Below are positions 1-10,480 of a stretch of DNA of 64,000 nucleotides, piece by piece; within the stretch, counting starts at the first letter, position 1; each line of letters opens with the position of its first letter. Origin of the DNA: the human T2T-CHM13v2.0 reference genome, Homo sapiens; NCBI RefSeq assembly GCF_009914755.1, contig NC_060944.1; one strand, given 5' to 3'. The notes below the pieces were generated by a model. It worked only from the letters and a program-made list of their open reading frames with translations, had not been told where the DNA came from and ran no database searches. Position numbers and translations under genes: made by a program.

Positions 1-830
1 AGTGCCAACCCTGACACTTCCTCCCTCCTTTCCCCTCTGTCCTCTTCCTGGCTCTTATCACCATCAGACAAACCAAGTTTTCACTTCTTGATCATTGTCC
101 AGCCCCTGCTGTGAAATGTGAAGTCCTAAGACACAGGCTTTTTTTGTTTGTTACGTTCATTGCTTTAGAAGGAATTAAGGACAAGCTACCCCAAATGACG
201 TCACTTTGGTATATGGATTATTTTGAGCTGCAGGCACTGGAGAAACAGCAGGTGCAGGCAGGGCCTTCGGACCTCCCCTTTTCTAACCAAGAACAGGCCA
301 TGACATTTCCCACGAGATACACACTCCCTTTGTACCAGGAAGAGAACATCCTTATCACCAAACACTGGGAGTGGATGCCGAGGTGCATCTGCACAAACAC
401 ACTTAATAAAATAACCCTTTGCTTCCACCAGTTTTACTCGTTTCTCCCCCACGAATCTTCCAGTTCCTCCCCCACGATTTACTGCCCCCAGTCCAAACCT
501 TTTTGTCTCATCATTTCTTCACAAATATATCATTTCTTCGAGAGAGATAAATGCTTGCTGCACTGGGCACTTCTTCAGGGCTTCCTTCTCTTGTGAAGGC
601 CCCATGTACACGTCAAAATGTAGTCAAGCTTGTCCACTTTCTCCTATTCATCTGCCCTATGTCAGCTGAATTCAGAACTCAGCCAGAGACTAAGACGTGA
701 AGGAGAATTTTTTTTTCCTTCCCAACACTTTATTCCTAGAACCCATAGTAGCTGCTGCCACATAGTAGGTGTACAGCAAAGGCCTGTTTGGGTGAAATAA
801 TAAATGAATGAATGGGTGGTGAATGAATGA
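1..830 (+). mobile_element. L2 LINE 3' end, split by an LTR
   Basis: GTTCATTGCTTT|ATTCCTAG...CACATAGTAGGTG...TGAATGAATG rejoins into the L2 3' terminus once 167-727 is removed. Confidence 0.7.
167..727 (+). mobile_element. ERV1 solo LTR, MER34/MER92-like
   Basis: Starts (A)GAAGGAATTAAGGACAAGCTACCCCAAA..GGATTATTTTGAGCTG, ends CCAACA; 4-bp TSD CTTT at 163-166 and 728-731. Confidence 0.75.
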
Positions 831-937
831 AGACACAAGACGCGGAGCCCTGGGAGCGGTGACTTTGCCATAAGGTTCCCTGAGTGTCCCAAGGCCAGCG
901 CTGCCCATCAGCCCATGCCTCCCTCTCCAGGCTGTTT

Positions 938-1650
938 CCTTCCATCCATTTCCCCAACACTCATCCATGAGCTCCTGTAAGTACCCGGTGCCACGTTCAG
1001 GCACCCTGAGAACATAGCGGTGCAAAAATGCCACATATTCCTGTCCTCCTGGAGTGGATATTTCGAGACAGGAGACAGATATTGAAGAAGTGAATGATTA
1101 AGTATAAACTATAATGTCAGATTGGGATAAGTCTTAGGAAGAAAAAACGTGCTGGAGGGAGGAACAGGGAGTCACGGGCAATGCGTGAGCAAAGGAGGTC
1201 TGAGAGGACCGCTGTGGAAGGAGGCCTGAGATCTGGAGGAGGTGGGGGAGCCCGGCAGAAATAGGAGTGGGATTGGCGGGGAACAGGGGGCTTCAGCACA
1301 AGGAACAGCAAGGCCAAGCCTGGGTACGTGCAGCCTGGAGAGTCTGGGGGGCTGCAAGGGACCCCTGTGGGGTGGGAGGTGGACTGAGGAGGAGCCGGTG
1401 CCCCAAGCCCAGGCGAGGTTTTGGCTTTCGTGCTGAGCAAGCTGGGGGCCGGGATGTCCCAGCACAGGAGGGACAGGACCTGAGCAAGGTTTTAAGTCCC
1501 CCGGGGCCATGTGTGGAGACCCACTGTGGGAGTGAAGGGGAAGGCAGGGAACCCTGGGAGAAGGCCACTCAGTGGGCCGGGTATGGTGGAGCTGGACCAG
1601 GGTGGAGGCCAGGGAGATGGGACACGGGGCCAGAGCAGGAAGAAAGGGTG
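938..1650 (-). mobile_element. L2 LINE fragment
   Basis: Antisense L2 tail and purine-rich body (GGAGGCCTGAGATCTGGAGGAGG...CAGCAAGGCCAAGCCTGG). Confidence 0.6.
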
Positions 1651-3324
1651 GCAGCAGGAAAAAAGCATGAGCACGCAGGGTCTATGCGTTGGTTGAATTT
1701 TTCCTTAGAAGCCTCAACCTCAGCATACCCCTTATTTGTCAGAGGTGGGTCACCACCTGCCAATCACAGTCTCACGGGCAGGTCCCGTGAGCCCCCTGGA
1801 GCTGCTGCCCTGGGCTGGGCATGTGGCCTCAGACCTGGGGGTCTGGCAGCAGGAGGGGGCACAGGCAGTGGGGAGTGACCCCACCCCATGTGGCCACAGC
1901 CTCAGCAGGTTACTGCATCTGGGTCTGTGGTCCTTAAAGTGGGGACAGTGCCCTGGCGAGTCGTTGGGAAGATGAAGTGGGCGCTGTGAGCAGACAGCTG
2001 GGTGTAGGGTGGGCACAGAGTCACCATCAGCAGAAGGCTGCTGGGGGACCAAGGTAGTGCTCTGCCCCGCCCTGGGAGGATGGGCTCCTGGAGCCAAGGA
2101 TCACCGAGCCTTGCAGGAAGCCCAGACAGCTCAAGGCCCCCATCGACCAATGGCTGATCAATACTTTGTCAGCTGAGGCTTCCCGGCAAGGGAGTGGCTC
2201 CCAGCACTGGGCTTTTAGGACTAGGGCTATGATTGGCAGGGACACTGGGGACCTGGCTTCCTGGATGTCCTGGCTGGTGGGTGGACACAGGCCTCCTCAA
2301 GTGGCTCTGACAAGCGTCTCATCAATTCAAGCACAGCAGGTGGGTGCCAAAATCTGCAGGCAAATGAGGGCAGGACCACTGAGCACAGCCACAGGGGACA
2401 TGCCCAGGGCAGGTATTTACACAGTGAGCACCCACCGGGCATTGCTGGTGTCTGTCCTGATTTACTGAGTGTTGGGTGTGTTGAACATGCCTGGCCCTTG
2501 CACACGCCTGTGGGCTGCATTTGAGTCTGGGACATCCAGTTGTGACCCCTGTGGTAGGCCCTCCATAAATACCTGTGGATTTGGTGGGGAGGCCAGTCTT
2601 GGTGCACCATGGGCCCTCACAGCTGCTGCAGGGGTGGATTTCCCAGGGCCACCAAGTATTTCCCTTCCCTTGTCTCCTCCTCTGTGTCACTCCGCCCCTC
2701 CTCCTCCCTCCTTCTCTGATCAGGCACAACTGACACTTGAGCCCCTGGAGGTCTGGGGATTACGGAGTCTCGGCAGACACATGTTGGGGGCTGAGGAATT
2801 ACCCAGCAGCTGTTGGGCCTCAGGCTGCAGAGGGGATTTACTCCAGCTCCCAGCCCCAGGGAAGGATGAAGCCTTCTGACCCCCAACCTGGCAGAGGCTA
2901 CGCAGAGACAGTACGTCCACTCCTGGGTGCAGGGGAAGCAGGGAGGTAACGGACCCCGTCTCCACCCTGAGGGACATCCCAGGCCCGCAACTGTGAGCAT
3001 TAGTCAGACTGTGGACTGAGTCTGGTCCTCACACTCAGGTGAGCGGGAAACTCATCACCCCCGTACTTCTCTCCCAATTGAATGTCTCATTCCCTCATTC
3101 CCAGCCCCCATTCCAGGGGAGTGAGGAGGGGGCAACTTCAACCCACACCGGGGTACCTCTTCGGGGCCATGTGATAGTTCTGGGATTTGGCAGGTGACTA
3201 AATGTGAAGGGAGCCAGGACCTCCGGGGCCTGTCTCAGCAGGCCCTGAGCCTCACAGCACACCAGCGACTCCCCTCTTCCTCACACACGCCCCTTCCCTC
3301 CAGCAGTAAACCATGCCAGCCTGC

Positions 3325-3669
3325 TGCCATGGTCTGTTTAGGCTGCTATCACAAAATACCATAAATGGGTGCCTTTTAAACAACAGGAATTTCTTTTTCA
3401 CGGTTCTGGAGAACATGGAGTCCGTGATCAAGGTGCCTGCAGATTCAGTACTGGAGAGGGCTTATTCTCTGGTTCAGAAAATGCTGCCTGCTTGCCATGT
3501 CCTCTCGGATGGTGGAAGGGCTGAGCCAGCTCTCTGGGGGCTATTTGATATGGGTACTCATTCCATTCATGAATCCTAATCACCTCCAAAGCTCCCACTT
3601 CCTAATACCTTGGGGGTTACGACTTCAATATTTGAATTTGGAAGAGACACAAAAGTTCAGACCATAGCA
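3325..3669 (-). mobile_element. MaLR solo LTR, MLT1A-like
   Basis: GGCTGCTATCACAAAATACCAT...TTCAGACCATAGCA; degenerate 5-bp TSD CCTGC/TCTGT. Confidence 0.8.
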
Positions 3670-3679
3670 TCTGTCTTCT

Positions 3680-4207
3680 AGTAGAACCAGAATTCGCATA
3701 CTTCTCGCCTCCTTCATTGCTACCACACATCCAAGCCTCCTTACCTCCCTCCTGAATACTGCATTGGACCCGTCTCTGGTCTTCTGCAGTTCCTCCTCCA
3801 TATTCAGCCAGAAGGGCCCTGTGAAAACCTGAGACAGCTCCTGTTCCTCCTCCTCACAGCACTTCTTCCCTCCAAAGACAGTCCGTGCAGTTGTCTACAA
3901 GGCCCTGCCTGATGCGACCCTGGTTATGTTTTGCCTCATTTCCCTTACTTCCCTCTTTCTCACCTTCTTCCAGCCACAGCAGCCTCATTGCTGTTCCTCA
4001 AACACACCTGGCATCATCTAACCTCAGGGTCTTTGCACATGCTGCTTCCTCTACCTGAAATGCCCTTTCTCCAGATGACTAGCCCACATGGCTTTCTCCC
4101 TCAACAAATCCAGATCTTTTCTCAAATGTCACCTTATCAGTGAGCCCTTCCCAATTACTCAATATATAATTTAGACCCACACAATCACACACATGCATGT
4201 GTGTCAT

Positions 4208-4242
<35 letters not shown>

Positions 4243-4424
4243 TTATTCCTCTCACCTGCATTCTTTTTCTCCTTTGTAGTTACCACCACTCAACATGTTA
4301 TTTATTTACTTAATTACTCTGTTTACTGCTGGCTCCACTGATAGAATATCAGCCGCATGAGGTCAACAGCTGTTTGTTCACAGCTGGGTCTGTTGCACCT
4401 GGCATTCAATACTTTTCTGTTGAC
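3680..4424 (+). mobile_element. L2a-like LINE 3' portion
   Basis: CTCAGGGTCTTTGCACATGCTGCTTCCTCT..TCTCAAATGTCACCTT typical L2 motifs, running into the GGAT array. Confidence 0.75.
4209..4238 (+). repeat. (CA)15 microsatellite
   Basis: Direct reading. Confidence 0.95.
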
Positions 4425-4646
4425 TGGATGGTGGATGGATGGATGGACGGATGGATGGATGAGTGGATGGATGGATGGATGGATGGATGGATGGGTGAAT
4501 GGATGGATGGATGGATGGATAGATGGATGGATGATGAGTGGATGGATGGATGGGTGAATGGGTGGGAAGGTGGATGGATGAATGGATGGATGGATGGGTG
4601 AATGGGTGAGAAGGTGGGTGGATGGGTGGGTGTTGGATGGATAGAT
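4425..4646 (+). repeat. (GGAT)n imperfect tetranucleotide array
   Basis: ~220 bp of GGAT/GAAT/GGGT units. Confidence 0.95.
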
Positions 4647-4869
4647 CAATGGTCGTGCATTGCTCCTGTCAAGCTGATCTGGAGGCCCCTGCTCCTTCTG
4701 GGGCCGGTATCAAACACAGAAACCTTAGGGAGACTGATCTGGGTCCCCTGTGTCTAATGCCCCAGGAAGGTGGCCAGAGTCCCTGATGGGTGTGGTGTGT
4801 GGCTTTGAGTACAGCAAGGGCCTGGGTGGAGTTCAAGGAGGCACCAAGGCCCAGGCAGGGAATAACTGC

Positions 4870-5176
4870 ACCTCGAGTCTAGGTCAAGCTCAGTCTTGCA
4901 GGCATTTTATGTTTGGCCCACATGGTGCTTTTAAAACGGACTTTTAGCAATACTTAAAAATCAGGAGACTTCATAGAATAACCCCTGGTTTCTTGCAAAA
5001 GCAAAGAATTAAGTTTCAAAGGGCCTTGCTTCCTTCACATAACAATTAGCCAGACCTGGGGAGTGGCCGTCCCTTTACATGGTACCTTCCTGCCAGTTCA
5101 CTGCCACCCCCAACGGGCCCGTTCACCCATTATGTCCTCGCCTCGCCCCTTCAGACATGTGCGTTCGCAGCCCCTG
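4870..5176 (+). mobile_element. hAT-Charlie DNA transposon, MER102-like
   Basis: TGTTTGGCCCAC..AAAAATCAGGAGACTTCATA..GCCCGTTCACCCATTATG..GTTCGCAGCCCCTG; same layout as the copy at 37590. Confidence 0.65.
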
Positions 5177-5524
5177 CCTGGTTGGCTGTTGGATCCAAGA
5201 GAATGGCAGAGAGTGCCCACCCCACACGGTGCAGGAGCTGTGGGGTATTTTCATGTGCCCCCAAGTGGCCCAGAAGTAGCAGAGAGAACAGCTGGGCTAG
5301 GAGGGCTGTGGGACCAGCACAAGGAGTGTGTCCAGGATGCCCACGATCCAGGCTGCAAGACGAGTGTCTCAGCAAGTGCTGACTCAGAGGGATGTGACCC
5401 AATGACCATGTTAGTTCTCACTGTCACCTGGTACCAGGTAAACCCTCCAAAAAGGGAAAGGGCCACCCTAAATTGTCTGAGGTCAAACTTCCACTACCCA
5501 TGCAACACAGGGACTCAAACAGAA

Positions 5525-5752
5525 ATAATAGTGAACATGGCAGGCATAGCGATGTCTAAGTCCTTTTATGAGAAAATGTTTTTAAATGTCCCAGCCACAT
5601 GAAGAAAACATTCTGTTACTGTCCCATTTCATAGATGAGGAAACACACGTTCAAGCCCAGCGTGTTCAAGTATACTTGGCTAAGGTCACAGGGCTGGGAG
5701 GAAGCAGGTGCAAACCAGGCATTCTGGATCCAGAATCTGTGCTTCAACCAGT
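5525..5752 (-). mobile_element. MIR SINE
   Basis: Core CCCATTTCATAGATGAGGAAAC..AAGGTCACA. Confidence 0.7.
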
Positions 5753-6627
5753 TTGCACTAATGCCACCAAGATATTGTGAAGTTTTGCAACAAAAGGTGC
5801 ATTTCTGCCACTTCACTGGTGGATTGAGGTGTGGCTTCACCTCCTCTCTAAACAGGACCCGTAAACACCAACTGCTTTCTGGACCTCTTCAGGCTGAGGC
5901 TGCCCTGTTGTACAGACAGTGAATTGGAGGGCATGTGCCCATGTAAACAGCTGGGCTGTTTGGTGTGGGGGTGGGCGGGGGCACTGCAGCCTGACCTTTG
6001 CTCCAGCCTCTTCCTTCCTTGGGGAAGTGGTTAATTGGTTCGCCAGGCCAGAGGGTCACTCCTAGAAGCCCCTGGGACACGATCGATTTCTACTCAGAAA
6101 GCCTCAGCCTGGACCAGCTGTCACTTGTCAGTGTCACTGGGGAGTCACGTGGGCTGGAGAAGAAAGTGCCCTGAGCTCCATCCTCAGCCACATGGGCTCA
6201 AACTCCCAGTACAGAGACTCCCAGCCCAGCCTGCCCTCAAATAGAAATGCTTGTTAACAGGTCCTGCACTGCTCAGAAAAGAGTCATAAAATACTGTAAC
6301 CTAGCCAGACAAGTTATTTTATAAAGGTCAGTAAATGCCCAAACATGCTAAACAGTGAAATGACAGCAATTCGAATCAAATGTTATTTATTATATGATAA
6401 AATGTTTTCTATATGTACATCTGTGAGCATGACCACGCTGAAATGAAGCCGTGGGGTGTTCACACCTAAGCACAAGAGGACAGTGAACATGGGGGTGCAA
6501 AGGCAGACTGACACGCTTGGTGCCGTAACCTCACAACACAAGAACACGACGGTGGGTGTGCCGCAAGGTGGACAATCTTCCCTCAATGTCAAAGGTTGAT
6601 GCCGTCCTTAAAAATTCAGCACATCTT

Positions 6628-6925
6628 GGCTGGGTGTGGTGGCTCACACCTGTAATCCTGGCACTTTGGGAGGCCGAGGCAGGTGGATCACCTGAGGTCA
6701 GGAGTTCGAGAGAGCCTGACCAACATGGCAAAACCCCACCTCTGCTAAAAGTACGAAAATTAGCCAGGCGTGGTGGCGCATGCTTGTAATCCCAGTACTT
6801 GGGAGGCAGAGGTAGGAGAATCGAACCCAGGAGGTGGAGGTTGCAGTGAGTAGAGATCGCGCCATTGCACTCTAGCCTGGGTGACAAGAGTGAAACTCCA
6901 TCTCAAAAAAAAAAAAAAAAAAAAA
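6628..6925 (+). mobile_element. Alu (AluSp-like)
   Basis: Full dimer, CCTGACCAACATGG and GCGCATGC diagnostics, poly-A, 18-bp TSD at 6610-6627/6921-6938. Confidence 0.95.
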
Positions 6926-8360
6926 TTCAGTGCATCTTAAAATCACACGGAGAGGATAAAAAGAAAACCCTTTGTGGTGACACAACAATGTCCACCATGT
7001 CCCTCCTCCTTTCGAGGACACGGGTTGATTCTGGGCATGTCCTCTCTCCCCTGCAGCTGTGGCTGGAAGTCCAGGGCACTGACGCCCCCAGAGTACGGCC
7101 CTCACTGCACGTGGAGGGAGGCGGGTGTGCAATGCGCCAGCAGCCTTGTGGCTCACGGGGACACTGCCGGGCGCAGGTCCTGGACTGTTTCCCCAGTCCC
7201 CAGCAGTCTGAGCTCCCAATGCCTGCAGAGGTGACGTGTTGACACACCCAGTATCTATGGGGGTGCCTTCCCTTCCCACACCCACTCCAGGGTTCCTGGG
7301 TCATGTCCCAAATAGACGACTTGCCCTTGAATCTGACTCAGGGTCTGCTTCTGGGGAGGCCAAACTGAGACCCCAACTGAGCGAGAATCTAGGTGTAGAG
7401 CCTCAGGAACGGGTTTCACCTCCTCGAATGTCTGGCAGGACATGAAAGCCCGGCTGGACCCGACACTGGCCCTGGTTGCGAAGGACTTTCCCATGCACCA
7501 AGGGCACAATGTCAGCACCCCGGCCCCGCCCACTGCTTGTCAGTGATGACCAAGTATGTTCCCACAATTCTTAGAACTTGCCCGGGGTCAGGACCACCCA
7601 TCCTGAGAATTCCCACAGCTGATCCCTCCAGACAAGGACTGTGGGATCCACAACCCGGACAGCCGCCTGGGAGCTCTGGTCTGTGTGGAACAGAGGCTGA
7701 CTGCCCCTGTCCCTTCCCGTTTCCATCTGTGCGGCCACCTGTCCTCCCTATTTCAGGCAGGAGGGGAAACTCCTTTGTCTCCCACCTTTGCCCTCACTGT
7801 GATGCCTCGGGTGCCTTCCTTGGAGGGTGCAGTGCACCGTTCAGAGGTCATGAGCGCTGGCATGGGCGGAACCACTCCCAGATGGGTTTTATTTCATTCA
7901 CGGAAATGGCCCCCAAGTGTACTGAAAAGTGGAATCTGTAGTCAAAATGTTTAAATAAGGAGACTTTACATTTAAAGAACTGCATTTCCAATTTCTCTTG
8001 AGTAATCACAAGTTGTGGGAACACAGGTGACATTTGCCCTTGGTAGGGAATCCCTGAGCTGAGCTGCAGCTGCCCCTCCACACAGGGCCTGTGCTCCCCA
8101 CTTTGCCACAATCCCCACTCCTCCCTGTTGTCCCCACTCCTGGCCTGTTTCACTCACACCCCCTGCCTCGCTCCTGTGAGTTTGTGTCCCTGCCAGACTG
8201 GGGACTCCACACTGAGGCTGAGGTCACCCCACTCTCTCCCAACGTTGCAGAGCTGTTACAAGGACAAATGAGATCATGAGTATAAAGTGCCTGGAACGTA
8301 GATGAGCAATACAGGTCAGACAATCTTAGGATTATGGTTACTGTTTATAAAGTTATAGAG

Positions 8361-8625
8361 ACGGCACAGTGGAGGGTCAGGAGGGTAGGCTCTGCAGTAT
8401 GGCTGCCTGGACTCAAATCCCCACTTTGCCATTTCATCTCTGAGTGACCTTGGGCAAGTTACTAACCTCTCTGCCACTCAGTTACCTCATCAGTAACCTG
8501 GATGATCAAAATTGCACCAACTTCCTGGGGCTGTGGGGGCTGAGTGAGCTCAGGCACCTCGAGCGCCCAGACCCCAGCTGCCCACAGTGAACGCATCGAC
8601 AAGCAGCAGCTGCATGTGTGTTAGC
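8361..8625 (+). mobile_element. MIR SINE
   Basis: GTGACCTTGGGCAAGTTACTAACCTCTCTG..CTCAGTTACCTCATC. Confidence 0.8.
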
Positions 8626-8823
8626 ACTATTGTTCCTCAGCACTCCCTACCTCACCTAAGCCCCCACGAACTTCGGATGCCACTTCAGGTCTTCCTCTTC
8701 CAAGAGGCCCTCCCTGACCATCACAGGCTATGAGCACCTCAGGTAAACATGCTTCTGATCAGCGCCCAGATCTCCCCAAGTCAGCATGTCAGGTGTGCGC
8801 CTCCACAACCCATAACAATCACA

Positions 8824-8869
8824 ATGGTGATGATGGTGATGGTGGTGATGATGATGATGATGACGATGA
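8824..8869 (+). repeat. (GAT/GGT)n trinucleotide repeat
   Basis: Direct reading. Confidence 0.9.
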
Positions 8870-9009
8870 ATGGTTATTGAGTCCTGAAAACAGGCCAGGA
8901 GTTGCATTTCACTCTCCGAGCCACCTCATTTAACTGACCAAGGGTGATGAGGACTCAGGTGTCATTCCTGCACCCACCAGGCCTCCTGACAGGAGGGAAG
9001 GACTAGGAC

Positions 9010-9205
9010 ACACATTCCAAGCACCTGCTCTGTACCAGGCACATTTATACAGGTTGACTCCCTTAATTCTGTGGGATCTGCATTACCATTACCCCCATTC
9101 CACAGACCAGAAAACTGAGGCTGGGAGCGTGAGGTGACCGGCCTGGGGTCACACAGCCAGTGAGAGACAGAGGGTATCAGGCACTCAGGTGTGTTTGGTG
9201 CCAAA
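9010..9205 (-). mobile_element. MIR SINE
   Basis: CCCCATTCCACAGACCAGAAAACTGAGGCT..GGTCACACAGC. Confidence 0.75.
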
Positions 9206-9689
9206 TACCAGGCTCTGCCCGTATCTCCATGGGGCGTTTCCTCCAGGTGTGAGTGGGAAGAAGATTCCACAAGGCTGCTGCCCTGGGTGGGCTGTTGGCA
9301 CAGAGAACAGGGCAACAGTTGGAGGCAGACGTCTGGGGTCCCTTCCCTGCACTCTCATAAGCTCCCCTGGACACACTCCACATCAGGATCCTGGGTCCCC
9401 TCGGAGGATGTCTGCTCACCTCCGGGAGGGGAAAGGAGCTGATGAGAATGGAGGGCCCCTCCCTGCAGTGCCCGGACCCCAGCCCCAGCTCCTCAAATCA
9501 CAGATGGTGGCACTCCAGCACCTTGAGGATGCAAGTAGGAAGGGCATGGGGCTCTCGTTTCTCTCCTTTCCTCTCATCTCTCTCTCCTCTCCAGTCCTCT
9601 CCTCACCTCCACTGCTCAGCCCTAGGCCCCTGAGTGTTGGAATTAATGCTGACCTGTGCCATGCCAGGTGTTTCCTTGAATTATTCCTT

Positions 9690-10100
9690 GGCCTTTTGGT
9701 TGCAAGAACCCAAATCAAGGACTAGAACAAAACTAAGAACAAAGAAACAAAATGTCTGGTTTGCTGTTCCACATTCACAAGATGGCTTCAGGCACAGCTG
9801 CATCCAGGGGCTCTTACAGTGTCACAAGGGTGCCTCCTCTTGGTCTCTCAGCCCTGCTTCCCTCTGTGTCGGTGGAGTTCTCAGACTGGCCCTTCAGGTA
9901 GTGGCAAGGGGGGTCCCCAGCAGCCAGGCTTCCATCCTCCAACTTAGCACCCTCAGCAGAAACTGGGCTCTTTCCCAGTGAGTCTGGCACAGCCCTGGGG
10001 TGACACTCATTGGCTCAGATAGAGTTATGGATCTTACTGGCCAGAGCCAGGTCACATGACATCCCTGTGCAGAGAAGGGGCTTGAACCACTTGGACTGAG
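9690..10100 (-). mobile_element. Old MaLR LTR, MLT1K-like
   Basis: TTTTGGTTGCAAG..GGCTTCAGGCACAGCTGCATCCAGGGGCTC..AGGTCACATG. Confidence 0.6.
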
Positions 10101-10364
10101 AGTGGGAGGAGTTTGCACTGCGACCCTGTGGTGGGTGTCAGGGTGCAGGCTGCGGTATCTGTGGCCACAACATCAGTGTTGGGTCCCCAGGGATCAGTCC
10201 TGCCAGAGATGCTTTCTTGCTGCCTGCATAGCCTCCTCATCTGCTTCTTTGTCCTCCCAGAGGTTCAAGAGCCCCTGGTGACCCTGTAATCCATTCCTTT
10301 CTCTGCTCAAACCAGCCAGAGTGGAGCCTCTGGTTGCAAGAGGAGCGCTGATACTCTCATGGTA

Positions 10365-10480
10365 AAGCCTCATTTTACAGATGGGGAGGCTGCGCCCCAG
10401 GGAGGGGAAGTGACTCCCAGTGTCACAGGTCCCATGAGTGGTGGAGACAGGATTTGAACTGGGGACACCAGACAGCTGCG
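10365..10480 (-). mobile_element. MIR fragment
   Basis: CTCATTTTACAGATGGGGAGGCTG..GGATTTGAAC. Confidence 0.7.

Noticed and set aside
1267-1878. 203-aa ORF
   Set aside because: Chance ORF in G-rich antisense L2 sequence; non-ATG start; no homology recognised
4323-4649. ORFs with WMDG/PSIH repeats
   Set aside because: Translations of the (GGAT)n microsatellite
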